Shown: positions 38,921 through 48,791, numbered from the stretch's first letter. The stretch: 64,000 nt of DNA from Bacteroidota bacterium (GCA_013288015.1 JABDCR010000006.1:7752-71751); one strand, 5' to 3'. Program-made: numbers and translations. Notes: generated by a model from the sequence alone, not told the origin.

Positions 38921-39661
38921 ATGAAAATATTTATTACAGGTGCTTCAAGAGGAATTGGGTACAAAACCATGATGATGGCTTTAGAAAGAGGTCATGATGT
39001 GGCTTTTACGTATAACAATCCAAATACCGATGTGCAAAAAATAATTGATGAGGCTAAACGCATTGCTCCAAATCAATTATGTAAAGGTTATCAACTAAAC
39101 GTAAGATATAACGACCAAGTGGTTAATGTGGCTGATGCTGTGCTTGATGACTTTGAAACAATTGATACCGTTATTAATAATGCCGCTATAAACAGAAACA
39201 ACTTAACTTTTAGTATGACTGATGACGAGTGGGATGATGTTATTGGCACCAACTTAAGTGGTACCTTTTATGTAATGCGTGCATTCTTGCCTGTATTTTT
39301 ATCTAATCGCAAAGGGCGTTTTGTAAACATATCGTCTATTGCTAAAGGTGGCTTATCAGGCCAGGCAAATTATGCAGCTAGTAAATCTGGTCTGATTGGT
39401 TTATCACGCACTATTGCGAAGGAGTATGGCTCTAAAGGCGTTACCTGTAATGTTATTGCACCCGGTATGTTTGATACCGATATGGTTAAAGAAAATTTAA
39501 GCGACCATTTAAGAAATTTTTGGATGCAGCATTGCCCTACCAAACGCTTAGGTTTGGTTGAAGAACTGGCCGAAGTAATTTTATTTATTGGTTCGGATGC
39601 AGCTAGTTTTGTAAACGGACAAACCATTGAAGTTAATGGTGGTTTAGACTGGGCTGATTAA
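38921..39661 (+). CDS. FabG-like 3-oxoacyl-ACP reductase (SDR)
   Basis: TGASRGIG, NNAAI, GQANYAASK, IAPG. Confidence 0.88.
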   Translation: MKIFITGASRGIGYKTMMMALERGHDVAFTYNNPNTDVQKIIDEAKRIAPNQLCKGYQLNVRYNDQVVNVADAVLDDFETIDTVINNAAINRNNLTFSMTDDEWDDVIGTNLSGTFYVMRAFLPVFLSNRKGRFVNISSIAKGGLSGQANYAASKSGLIGLSRTIAKEYGSKGVTCNVIAPGMFDTDMVKENLSDHLRNFWMQHCPTKRLGLVEELAEVILFIGSDAASFVNGQTIEVNGGLDWAD

Positions 39662-39689
39662 TCATCTCTTATAAAAGAGAAAAATCTAC

Positions 39690-40916
39690 ATGAAAAAATA
39701 CGGAATAGAAAAAATAAGTGTTTACCCAACAGCTTTACAGTTAGATTTAGTAACCTTGGCTAAAGAGCGTGGTTATGATGTAGAGCATATGCGCAAAGAA
39801 TTAATGGTTGAAAAACGTGGTGTAAATCCACCATGGGAAGATTCGGTTACCATGGCAGTTAATGCTGCAAAACCAATGCTTACACAAGAAGATATCGATT
39901 CTATTGGTTTACTTATTGTTGCTTCTGAAACCGGATTGGATGGCGAAAAAGCACTTAGCTCTTGGGTGTTAGAACACTTAGGTTTACCAAGTACCTGTCG
40001 CCATTTCGAAGTAAAAATTGCTTGCTACTCTGGTACAGCGGCTCTTAAAATGGCTGTTGGTTGGTTATCATCGGGTTTAGTTCGTAAAGGACAAAAAGCA
40101 TTGGTTATAACCACTGATGAAAGTTTAAACTCTATACACAAACCTTGGGAATATGTTTGTGGTGGTGGCTCGGTAGCATTATTAGTTTCTGACAAACCTG
40201 ACTTTTTAGAATTAGAAGTAGAAAAATTTGGTGTTTATGCGCATGAGGTGGCAGATGTTATTCGCCCTTTACCTTGGTTAGAAACAGGTAATAGTGAACA
40301 TAGTTTATTCTCCTACATGGAAGCTTTAGCAGCAACTTACGAAGATTATGAAGCGAATGTAGGTGCGGTAGAGTTTAACACCTATTTTAAAAATAATGTA
40401 TATCACGTTCCTTTTGCCGGAATAAGTTTTAGAGCGCATAAGCAATTAATGCGCATGGGCTCTGATGCAACTATTGAAGAAGTAACCGAAAGTTTTAAAA
40501 CAAAAGTTTTACCGTCTATTACTTATTCAAAAGACATTGGTGGCACATATGGTGGCAGTATATTTGTTGCCTTATTAGCTACTATTGATAATGTTGATTT
40601 AAAAGCTAACGATCGTATAGGCATTTTCTCTTATGGTTCTGGTTCTTGTGCTGAGTTTTACAGTGTGTTGGTTACCGAAAAATCTAAAGAGGTTGCTAAA
40701 AAAGCCGGTTTAAAAAGTATATTAGAAAAGCGTTATAAAATTACCGTGCCTCAGTACGAGGCAATGGAAACAGATAGAGAGCGTCGCATAAAAGAAGGTG
40801 ATTTTACACCTGATTTTGATATGGTACCTGGCTTATATGACGCAGCTTTTAAGGGCAAAGGTTTGTTAGTTTATACAGGCTCTAAAGGTTATTATCGTAC
40901 TTATAAATTTAGTTAA
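39690..40916 (+). CDS. HMG-synthase family protein, polyketide beta-branching (PksG/CurD-like) type
   Basis: GIEKI..Y, EDSVTMAVNAAKP, SETGLDGEK, HLGL...CRHFEVKIACYSGTAAL, YHVPF, RIGIFSYGSGSCAEF. Confidence 0.8.
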   Translation: MKKYGIEKISVYPTALQLDLVTLAKERGYDVEHMRKELMVEKRGVNPPWEDSVTMAVNAAKPMLTQEDIDSIGLLIVASETGLDGEKALSSWVLEHLGLPSTCRHFEVKIACYSGTAALKMAVGWLSSGLVRKGQKALVITTDESLNSIHKPWEYVCGGGSVALLVSDKPDFLELEVEKFGVYAHEVADVIRPLPWLETGNSEHSLFSYMEALAATYEDYEANVGAVEFNTYFKNNVYHVPFAGISFRAHKQLMRMGSDATIEEVTESFKTKVLPSITYSKDIGGTYGGSIFVALLATIDNVDLKANDRIGIFSYGSGSCAEFYSVLVTEKSKEVAKKAGLKSILEKRYKITVPQYEAMETDRERRIKEGDFTPDFDMVPGLYDAAFKGKGLLVYTGSKGYYRTYKFS

Positions 40917-40930
40917 AATAGGTTTGTAAA

Positions 40931-41093
40931 AAGGGCCAACAAACCTCTAAAAAGGGGCCAGTAACTTGCTACACAACGACCAACAAAAAACTTTGTAAGT
41001 TGCTGTAAATTAATTTTTTACAAGATATTATAAAAACTAAACAACCAGCAAAGGGCCAACCAAGGGCCAACAGAGGCATAAAAAAGGGCCACT
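40931..41093 (+). repeat. Non-coding direct repeats AAGGGCCAAC and variants
   Basis: AAGGGCCAAC at 40931, 41051, 41062; AGGGGCCAGT at 40953; AAGGGCCACT at 41084. Confidence 0.75.
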
Positions 41094-41352
41094 AACCTAA
41101 AAGGTTATAAAAAGATAGAAGGATATAGAAATTTCCACCCTTCTTTTTTAGTTAAAAAATTAGTTGCTATTACACTTAAACACTACGGGTTTTTTATGTG
41201 CGTTAAAGCACATTCTCTTTACATTAAAAGCTGAATTGTATTGTTGTAATAAAACACACCGCGTTTTTTTAAAGCCACTTAAAAGGGTTTTAAATAAGTA
41301 TGTAATTTATTTGTATTGCTTGTGTAATAGGTAAGAGAATTGGTATAAAATC

Positions 41353-42393
41353 TTATCTCTTAAAAAGCCAGGCAGAAGTATACTGCTCTTTTATTTGCAA
41401 TAGTTTTTTACGAGCTGATGCCTCATCAGCATATCCCGCAACACTTACTACATAAAGGTTTTTGGCGTTTTGTCCTGCGATGCTTGCTTGTAAATTTTGT
41501 TGCTCAAGCTGATTGATAAGTTTATAAGCATTTTGTTTTACAGCAAAACAACCAACCACAACTTGGTAGGGTTGCTTATACCATTCTGAAATAACTTCGG
41601 TTGCTTTTACAACGCTTGTTTTATCAATGCTAACAGTATCAGGTGTTACAACGGGTTGTTTTACAACAACAATTTCTTTTTTCGCTTCTGCAACAACAGG
41701 TTGTTTTATTGTGTTGTTTATTTTAGTTTCAGTAAGTGTTTTGCTGTTTCCTTTAAACGGACTTAAACTTGCCATTACACTGTTAAGTGGGTTTTCCTTT
41801 GTAACCAAAAATAGTAAAGCAATAATGCAGAATGCCATAACAGCCGCAATCGCAATTCGGCGGATAGGTTTTTTAGCGGGTGTTTTGGTAATAGGTGTAG
41901 TTCTGTATTGTAAGTTTGGTTTAACAGGAATAACTACTTTTTCTTCTTTCACCAATTTAATTGCACTAACAGCTGGTAAGCCAAAAGCGTTGGTGTTATG
42001 GTTTACCCTAACATCCTGCTCAAACAAAATATTGTTTTCAGCACTTTTATATAAAACTCCAAGTCCGCTTAATTCAAAACGTTTTTGGGTTTCTAATTGG
42101 TGTTTGCAGTGACTAACAAAATTTTCTATAATAGTAGTAGCTTGTTGGTAGGTAGCATTTTCCTTCTGCATAATGTGCCCAGCCAATAACCCATCATTGT
42201 TAGCTAAGTTCTTATTAAATACAATAGATTTTGAAGGAGGCAACAAAACATTACCTGTTTTAGCAAAGTAAGCAGATGAAGCACGTGCCACAAATCCTCC
42301 AAAGGCAGGAATGATAACACAATCGTGTTCAAACAAAAGCTCACTAATATATTGCTCAACGTTTTTCAACAGCACGAAAATACGATTTTTCAA
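41353..42393 (-). CDS. HU-CCDC81-like domain plus C-terminal SPOR domain membrane protein
   Basis: ISELLFEHDCVIIPAFGGF, FN..L.NNDGLL, one TM helix, YQVVVGCF..KQNA...AWL. Confidence 0.85.
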   Translation of the reverse strand: MKNRIFVLLKNVEQYISELLFEHDCVIIPAFGGFVARASSAYFAKTGNVLLPPSKSIVFNKNLANNDGLLAGHIMQKENATYQQATTIIENFVSHCKHQLETQKRFELSGLGVLYKSAENNILFEQDVRVNHNTNAFGLPAVSAIKLVKEEKVVIPVKPNLQYRTTPITKTPAKKPIRRIAIAAVMAFCIIALLFLVTKENPLNSVMASLSPFKGNSKTLTETKINNTIKQPVVAEAKKEIVVVKQPVVTPDTVSIDKTSVVKATEVISEWYKQPYQVVVGCFAVKQNAYKLINQLEQQNLQASIAGQNAKNLYVVSVAGYADEASARKKLLQIKEQYTSAWLFKR

Positions 42394-42467
42394 TTAATAG
42401 TAGTTAGTTATTCTGTCGAAAACGACCCTTTTTCATTGTCTTTAAAATGTATATTTGCCTTTTTATT

Positions 42468-43235
42468 ATGCCGCACAAAAAACTTATTTTAATTACCAAT
42501 GATGATGGCATTACTGCCCCCGGTATTTTGTTTTTAAGCAGCATTGCTAAGCAATTTGGGCAGGTTTGTGTAGTTGCACCCGATAAGCCTCAATCGGGCA
42601 TGGGGCATGCTATTACTATTAATTCTACCCTTCGTTTACATAAAACAAAACACCATCAGGTTGATTTTGAGCATGCTTGCAGCGGAACTCCGGTTGATTG
42701 CGTTAAAATTGCCGTCCATAAAATACTGCCCCACAAACCCGATTTAATTCTATCGGGCATTAATCATGGCTCTAATTTAGCTGTAAATGTAATTTATTCG
42801 GGTACTATGAGTGCTGCTATAGAAGGCGCTATGGAAGGCATTCCATCTATTGGTTTTTCTTTATGTAATTATTCTATAGAAGCAGATTTTTCACAAGGGG
42901 AAAAATATATAAAAGAAATTATAGAAAAAATGTTGGCGCAAAAGCACGAAGAAACTATTTGCTTAAACGTTAACATTCCGAATTTAAAAGCAGATGAAAT
43001 CAGAGGTATAAAAGTTTGCCGTGCTGCTAAAAGCAATTGGGTTGAAGAATTTGATGAACGAAAAGACCCATACGGAACGCCCTACTATTGGCTTACAGGC
43101 AACTTAGTGAACTTTGAAAAAAATCACCCGGACACAGATTTACATTTAAACGAACAAGGTTATGTAACCGTTGTGCCTGTTGGGTTTGATATGACCTTGC
43201 ACAAACACATTCCGGTTTTATCAAAAATATTTTAA
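42468..43235 (+). CDS. surE: 5'/3'-nucleotidase SurE
   Basis: ITNDDG, QSGMGHAIT, SGTPVDCV, SGINHG, YSGTMSAAIEG; start placed after TATATTTG box at 42450-42457. Confidence 0.95.
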   Translation: MPHKKLILITNDDGITAPGILFLSSIAKQFGQVCVVAPDKPQSGMGHAITINSTLRLHKTKHHQVDFEHACSGTPVDCVKIAVHKILPHKPDLILSGINHGSNLAVNVIYSGTMSAAIEGAMEGIPSIGFSLCNYSIEADFSQGEKYIKEIIEKMLAQKHEETICLNVNIPNLKADEIRGIKVCRAAKSNWVEEFDERKDPYGTPYYWLTGNLVNFEKNHPDTDLHLNEQGYVTVVPVGFDMTLHKHIPVLSKIF

Positions 43236-43552
43236 TGGAAAGGTCAAAACTGAATAATTTTATTATCGGCATTATAGCAGGTTTGCTGTTGCCCTTTATT
43301 TCTTTATTGTGTTATTGGTTGTGGAGTTTTAAGTTTATGAATTTTGTGCCCCAGTTTTTTAGTTTTTTACTCTTAGGGCGTGTGTTGTCGGCAGTTTTAA
43401 GTCTTTGTTTAATTCCTAATTTAGGAATGTTTTTTTTATTTATCAATAAAGAATATTACAAAACAACACGTGGTATTTTATTATCTACACTTGTGTACGG
43501 ATTTATTATTGTGATTTTAAAAACCTGGGTGGAATATAGTTGGAGTGATTAA
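43235..43552 (+). CDS. Small membrane protein
   Basis: Three hydrophobic segments; start overlaps the surE stop. Confidence 0.7.
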   Translation: MERSKLNNFIIGIIAGLLLPFISLLCYWLWSFKFMNFVPQFFSFLLLGRVLSAVLSLCLIPNLGMFFLFINKEYYKTTRGILLSTLVYGFIIVILKTWVEYSWSD

Positions 43553-43568
43553 ACAATAACAACCTTAG

Positions 43569-44702
43569 ATGAACTACTACGTTATAGCAGGCGAACCATC
43601 GGGCGATTTACATGGCTCTAATTTATTAAAGGCTATAAAACAGGTTGATGCAGAAGCTCATTTCCGTTGTTGGGGTGGTGATTTAATGGAGGCGCAAGGC
43701 GGCGAAATTATTGTACACTACAAAAAAATAGCCTTTATGGGCTTTGTAGAGGTTATTATAAATCTACGCACCATTCTTAAAAACATTTCTTTTTGCAAAG
43801 AAGATATTTTAAAACACAAACCCGATGCACTAATTTTAATTGATTACCCGGGCTTTAATTTGCGGATTGCCAAATGGGCTAAACAGCAGGGTATAAGGGT
43901 GTTTTATTACATATCACCTACTATTTGGGCATGGAAAGAAAACCGTATAAAAACGGTAAAGGAAAGCGTAGAGCGTATGTATGTGATATTGCCTTTTGAG
44001 AAAAAGTTTTATGGAGATAGGGGAGTTGAGGTTGAATATTATGGACACCCTTTGGTTGATGTATTAAAGCAAGAACAAGCAAAAATTATTTCGAGACCGG
44101 AATTTTTGGCGAAATACAAGCTTTCTGAAAAACGTATTATTGCTTTATTGCCTGGTAGCAGAGCACAGGAATTAAAATATATTTTGCCCGTAATGATGCA
44201 AATTATAAAATATTTCCCTGATTATCAGTTTGTTGTTGCTGCTACCACTTCCTTATCAAAATCGTTTTATGAGGACACTACTAAGGGTTATCCGGTAACA
44301 ATTATCACAAACGATACCTACAGTATTATGCAGCACTCATATGTAGGTCTTATAAAATCGGGGACTTCATCAATTGAGGCCGCATTGTTTAATTTGCCAC
44401 ACGTGGTTTGTTATTTGGGCAACGGAGCATCATTTTATATTGCAAAAAAACTGGTTAGTGTAAAATATGTGTCGTTGGTTAACATAATATTAGACCGATT
44501 AGTGCTTACCGAGCTGCTTCAGCAGGACTTTACCATCCCTAAAATTGTAGAAGAACTGAAGATTTTACTGACCGACAAAAAAAGATATGAAGTATTAGAT
44601 GATTATAAACTTTTACTAAGTATGTTGCAGGAAGAAAATATTTCGCTTAAGATTGCAAATAGTATTTATAAACGTTTAACCAATAATGCGCCAAACAACT
44701 AA
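43569..44702 (+). CDS. lpxB: Lipid-A-disaccharide synthase
   Basis: AGEPSGDLHG, IDYPGFN, WAWKENR, LLPGSR, KSGT. Confidence 0.95.
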   Translation: MNYYVIAGEPSGDLHGSNLLKAIKQVDAEAHFRCWGGDLMEAQGGEIIVHYKKIAFMGFVEVIINLRTILKNISFCKEDILKHKPDALILIDYPGFNLRIAKWAKQQGIRVFYYISPTIWAWKENRIKTVKESVERMYVILPFEKKFYGDRGVEVEYYGHPLVDVLKQEQAKIISRPEFLAKYKLSEKRIIALLPGSRAQELKYILPVMMQIIKYFPDYQFVVAATTSLSKSFYEDTTKGYPVTIITNDTYSIMQHSYVGLIKSGTSSIEAALFNLPHVVCYLGNGASFYIAKKLVSVKYVSLVNIILDRLVLTELLQQDFTIPKIVEELKILLTDKKRYEVLDDYKLLLSMLQEENISLKIANSIYKRLTNNAPNN

Positions 44703-45927
44703 ATTGTTTTTTATAGTGCTTGCTTTAACAGCACTGGCAGGCATTTCGGGCGTAACTCCTTTCTCAAAAGATAAAAACACTAAAAAAGCTATCGCTAAAA
44801 AAGCAGAGAAAAGGGTGTTTTCTGCAACTGAGGTTATTTCTGTTAAAATATTAAGTCAAACCAAAATAAAAGAGCTTTTATTTGCACCGGAAAAAGGGGC
44901 GTATCAGGTTGTTGCTGATGGAAAAAACATTGCCTTGATAGATGCACAAAATGCGCTGAAAGCCTCTATAATTAACGATAGTATTGAGTTAAAAACCTTT
45001 GAGAAAAACTTGGGCAAATTTTCTTTTGTAAAACTAATTTCATTTGAAGAAGAGAAATCCTTTAAAGTAAAATCGGTAAATCCGGATAGAAAATCGCGTT
45101 TCTTTAACGATAACCTTTCTATCTCTATTGAAAATGGCTTATTACGTTTAATTAATGATAGTAAATTAGATAATTACATTGCAGGCGTATCTGAAGCTGA
45201 AGCCGGGTCGCGCTCTACGCCTGAATTTTACAAGGTGCAATCTATTTTAGCGCGCACCTATGCTTTAAGCCACATTAACAAACATCAGCCTGAAGGATTT
45301 AATTTATGCGATCAAACACATTGCCAGGCCTTTTTTGGAAGGACATCTGAGTCGGATATTTTACAGGCTGTTGTGGCTACAAAAGGCAAGGTTGTAGTTG
45401 ATGAAAACATGAATTTAATTGATGCAGCATTTCATTCAAACAGTGGTGGACAAACTGCAAACTCTGAAGATGTATGGGGCAAACCAATGCCTTATTTACG
45501 CTCTATAAAAGATACGTTTAGTTTAAAAATGCCTAACTCTAAATGGCAACGCAAAATGTCATCGCAAGATTGGTTGTCGTATCTTAAAATAAAACACAAT
45601 TACCCCATAGAAGATAGTGCTGCACGATGGTTTGCCTTGCATTTTAAGCAAGACAGCCGCAAATCAAACTTAGAATATTATGGTATAAAAGTGCCCTTAA
45701 AAAATGTGCGTAACGATTTGCAGTTAAAATCTACTTTCTTTTCGTTAGAACCCATAGGCGATACACTAGTGTTTAGTGGACGAGGTTTTGGGCATGGCAT
45801 TGGCATGTGCCAAGAGGGTGCTATGCGCATGACAAAATTAGGTTACAGCTACCAGGAAGTGCTTAGTTTTTACTACAAAAACGTACATCTTATCGATATA
45901 AAAGATTTGAATTTTTTTAGGGAATAA
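44686..45927 (+). CDS. SpoIID/LytB domain lytic transglycosylase-like protein
   Basis: YIAGVSEAE, ARTYA, LCDQTHCQ, FHSNSGG, GRGFGHGIGMCQEGA. Confidence 0.9.
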   Translation: MRQTTKLFFIVLALTALAGISGVTPFSKDKNTKKAIAKKAEKRVFSATEVISVKILSQTKIKELLFAPEKGAYQVVADGKNIALIDAQNALKASIINDSIELKTFEKNLGKFSFVKLISFEEEKSFKVKSVNPDRKSRFFNDNLSISIENGLLRLINDSKLDNYIAGVSEAEAGSRSTPEFYKVQSILARTYALSHINKHQPEGFNLCDQTHCQAFFGRTSESDILQAVVATKGKVVVDENMNLIDAAFHSNSGGQTANSEDVWGKPMPYLRSIKDTFSLKMPNSKWQRKMSSQDWLSYLKIKHNYPIEDSAARWFALHFKQDSRKSNLEYYGIKVPLKNVRNDLQLKSTFFSLEPIGDTLVFSGRGFGHGIGMCQEGAMRMTKLGYSYQEVLSFYYKNVHLIDIKDLNFFRE

Positions 45928-45965
45928 AGCAGTTTAAATCATTAAATTTGCAGCCTCTTAAAAAA

Positions 45966-46886
45966 GTGATAAACGCCCAAACCGAAATACCAGATGCAGT
46001 GCAAATGCCTGCAATAAGTTACTCTAAGGCACAGGCATTTATTAAACTTACCAAATTCAGATTATCATTTTTAGTTGTTTTTTCGGCCGTTATAAGTTAC
46101 CTGACTGTAGCAGATATTGTAAGTTGGCAAAAGCTGGTAGCCATTGTGTTGGGTGGTTTTTTGGTTACCGCCGGAGCTAATGGTTTTAATCAAATTATAG
46201 AAAGAGAGTTAGATAAATTAATGACTCGCACTTGCCAAAGGCCGCTTCCGTTAGGCATTTTATCGCCTATGGAAGCTTTTGTGTTTTGTATTATTTGTTC
46301 GCTTGGCGGCATTTTTGTTTTATCATTTTACACCAACATACTGTCGGGCTTACTAGGTGCTTTATCCGTAGTGCTTTACGCGGGAGTTTATACTCCATTA
46401 AAACGCATTACACCGTTTTCGGTTTTTGTGGGCGCTTTTCCGGGGGCTATCCCAACACTTATAGGGGCTGTAGCTGCCGCTGAAGGATTTGGAGAAATTA
46501 CTTTTTATGCCTGGATTTTATTTGCCGTACAATTTATGTGGCAGTTTCCTCACTTTTGGGCTATTGCTTGGGTTAGTCACGATGATTATAAAAAAGCCGG
46601 TTTCTTTATGCTGCCTTCTTTGGGCGGGCGAGATAAAAGTTCCGCCTTTCAAATTGTAGTTTACACCCTGTTTTTAATTCCGGTAAGCTTAATGCCTAAT
46701 TTTTTTGGCTTAAGCAGCTGGGCGGCGGGTATGTTTACGTTTTTATGCGGCTTGTTTTTTTTAGCGCAGGCTTTAACGCTTTACTATAAAATGGATGTTC
46801 CATCGGCTCGTAAGCTTATGTTTGGTTCGTTTTTATACTTGCCGCTTGTTCAATTAATTATCATGTTTGGAGCTATATGGAAATAA
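45966..46886 (+). CDS. cyoE: Heme O synthase (protoheme IX farnesyltransferase)
   Basis: NQIIERELDKLMTRT..RPLP, YTPLKR, WQFPHFWAI; start uncertain, TAAATTTG -7 box at 45943-45950. Confidence 0.92.
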   Translation: MINAQTEIPDAVQMPAISYSKAQAFIKLTKFRLSFLVVFSAVISYLTVADIVSWQKLVAIVLGGFLVTAGANGFNQIIERELDKLMTRTCQRPLPLGILSPMEAFVFCIICSLGGIFVLSFYTNILSGLLGALSVVLYAGVYTPLKRITPFSVFVGAFPGAIPTLIGAVAAAEGFGEITFYAWILFAVQFMWQFPHFWAIAWVSHDDYKKAGFFMLPSLGGRDKSSAFQIVVYTLFLIPVSLMPNFFGLSSWAAGMFTFLCGLFFLAQALTLYYKMDVPSARKLMFGSFLYLPLVQLIIMFGAIWK

Positions 46887-47455
46887 ATCAAATTTCAGAA
46901 CAGGCCGTAATGGCTAATGCAAAAAAACAGCTTCTGTATTGGAGTATGGCAAGCATTGTTATATTTTTTGGAGCTTTTTGCAGTTATTATTTAGTAATGC
47001 ATGGCAACTCAAACTGGCTTACTTTTAACTTACCTGCTTTATTTTATGTAAGCACCGCTATTATTATTTTAAGTAGTGTTACTATGTATTGGGCACAGCA
47101 AGCGGTTAAAAAAAATAATATGACGGCAGTTAAGCAGGCAATGCTTTCAACGCTTTTGTTGGGGTTTGCTTTTTGCTTTTCGCAAATACAAGCATGGAAA
47201 GTGCTTTATAGCAGCGGCATTGTGTTTGCAGGCAAGCAAAGTAGCATTGCCGGGGGTATTTTATATGTAATAACCTCAATGCACTTTTTGCATATTGTAG
47301 CGGGTATAATTGCACTTTTTGTAACCTGGATTAAGAGCACAAAAAACAAATACACGGCAGAAAATCACTTAGGATTAAGCCTTTGCGGAATTTTCTGGCA
47401 CTTTTTAGATATATTATGGGTTATTTTATTTCTTTTTTTGTATTTATTTCGCTAA
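46877..47455 (+). CDS. Cytochrome c oxidase subunit III-like protein (first)
   Basis: STAIIILSSVT, HFLHIVAG, FWHFLDILW. Confidence 0.88.
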   Translation: MEINQISEQAVMANAKKQLLYWSMASIVIFFGAFCSYYLVMHGNSNWLTFNLPALFYVSTAIIILSSVTMYWAQQAVKKNNMTAVKQAMLSTLLLGFAFCFSQIQAWKVLYSSGIVFAGKQSSIAGGILYVITSMHFLHIVAGIIALFVTWIKSTKNKYTAENHLGLSLCGIFWHFLDILWVILFLFLYLFR

Positions 47456-47500
47456 AATTGCAACGTTTTTAATTAGTAAACACTTTCATAAACAAAATAT

Positions 47501-48226
47501 ATGTCTCACTCAGTACACATAGACGAAAAAACCGCTTGGCACGGTGGGCAATCGCCCTTCCGTTTGAGCTATGGAAAAATATTCATGTGGTTTTTCTTGG
47601 TATCAGATGCTTTAACTTTTAGCGGCTTGCTTTGCGCGTATGGCTTTATTCGTCATAAATACGAAAGCGTTTGGCCTGTAGCCGAAAACGTGTTTACACA
47701 CTTTCCATTTGTAACAGCGCATGTTCCATTGGCTTATGTGGGTTTAATGACCTTTATTCTGATTATGAGTTCGGTTACTATGGTGCTTGCAGTAGAAGCA
47801 GGGCATCGTAACGACCGAAAAGGAGTTACAATTTGGTTGTTTTTTACCATTATAGGTGGTTTAATGTTCGTTGGTTCTCAGGCTTGGGAGTGGTATCATT
47901 TTATTGAAGGAACAGAAGTTGGTGCTATGCGTCAGGTTTGGGATATAGACCAAGGTAAATATGTAACGCAATTAATTCATGGTGCAAACATGACTTATAA
48001 TGAGTATGGTGTTCCTCAGTTTGCTAACTTCTTTTTCTTTATAACAGGTTTCCACGGTTTCCACGTATTTAGTGGTGTGGTAATTAACGTAATTATATTT
48101 ATTAACGTGTTAATTGGCACTTACGAAAGACGTGGACATTACGAAATGATTGAAAAGGTTGGTTTATACTGGCACTTTGTAGATTTAGTGTGGGTGTTTG
48201 TATTTACTTTCTTCTACTTATTATAA
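47501..48226 (+). CDS. Cytochrome c oxidase subunit III-like protein (second)
   Basis: MWFFLVSDALTF, TGFHGFHV, GLYWHFVDLVW. Confidence 0.9.
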   Translation: MSHSVHIDEKTAWHGGQSPFRLSYGKIFMWFFLVSDALTFSGLLCAYGFIRHKYESVWPVAENVFTHFPFVTAHVPLAYVGLMTFILIMSSVTMVLAVEAGHRNDRKGVTIWLFFTIIGGLMFVGSQAWEWYHFIEGTEVGAMRQVWDIDQGKYVTQLIHGANMTYNEYGVPQFANFFFFITGFHGFHVFSGVVINVIIFINVLIGTYERRGHYEMIEKVGLYWHFVDLVWVFVFTFFYLL

Positions 48227-48257
48227 AAAACAGAATTAATAATAAAAAATTATAGAT

Positions 48258-48770
48258 ATGGAATTTCACGATGATTATCCGCAATACGAAACCATGTACC
48301 AACATGATGAGGCACATGGAAAACAAATACGTAGCAAATTATGGAAAGTGTTTTGGTTACTGCTTGCTATTACTTTATTAGAACTTTTTGTAGGTTTTAA
48401 AGCAACATCGTGGGGTTTATTAGGAAGTACATTCTTAAAATTCTTTTTCATATTTTTTACCCTTGTAAAAGCAGGCGGTATCGTACTTGTATTTATGCAC
48501 TTAATTGATGAGACCAAATTTTTTAGATATACCATATTGCTGCCATATTCAGTATTTATTTTATATCTTATATTTATTATTTTGGTAGAAGGTACATATT
48601 GCGGATACCCTCTAAACAAAACAAGTTTGGATAAGAATTATAAAATACAGCAAATTGTATTGCGTAAACATCACAAACAACCGATACCTGCTGAATTAAC
48701 AGACGGCATTAGCGAAAAAGACATAGCAGCGGCAGAAGCGGCAGCATCAACTGAAGAACACGCAGAATAA
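48258..48770 (+). CDS. Cytochrome c oxidase subunit IV family protein
   Basis: WKVFWLLLAITLLE...TLVKA..IV..FMHL.DE. Confidence 0.82.
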   Translation: MEFHDDYPQYETMYQHDEAHGKQIRSKLWKVFWLLLAITLLELFVGFKATSWGLLGSTFLKFFFIFFTLVKAGGIVLVFMHLIDETKFFRYTILLPYSVFILYLIFIILVEGTYCGYPLNKTSLDKNYKIQQIVLRKHHKQPIPAELTDGISEKDIAAAEAAASTEEHAE

Positions 48771-48791
48771 TAATTTTAGTAAAAAGGAATT

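Noticed and set aside
39690-40916. Ordinary mevalonate-pathway HMG-CoA synthase
   Set aside because: No HMG-CoA reductase or mevalonate kinase nearby; motifs and the AT/KS/PPTase context fit the ACP-dependent type better, though phylogeny is needed to confirm
40931-41093. Possible CRISPR array
   Set aside because: Repeats are only ~10 nt, irregularly spaced, with no uniform spacers and no cas genes
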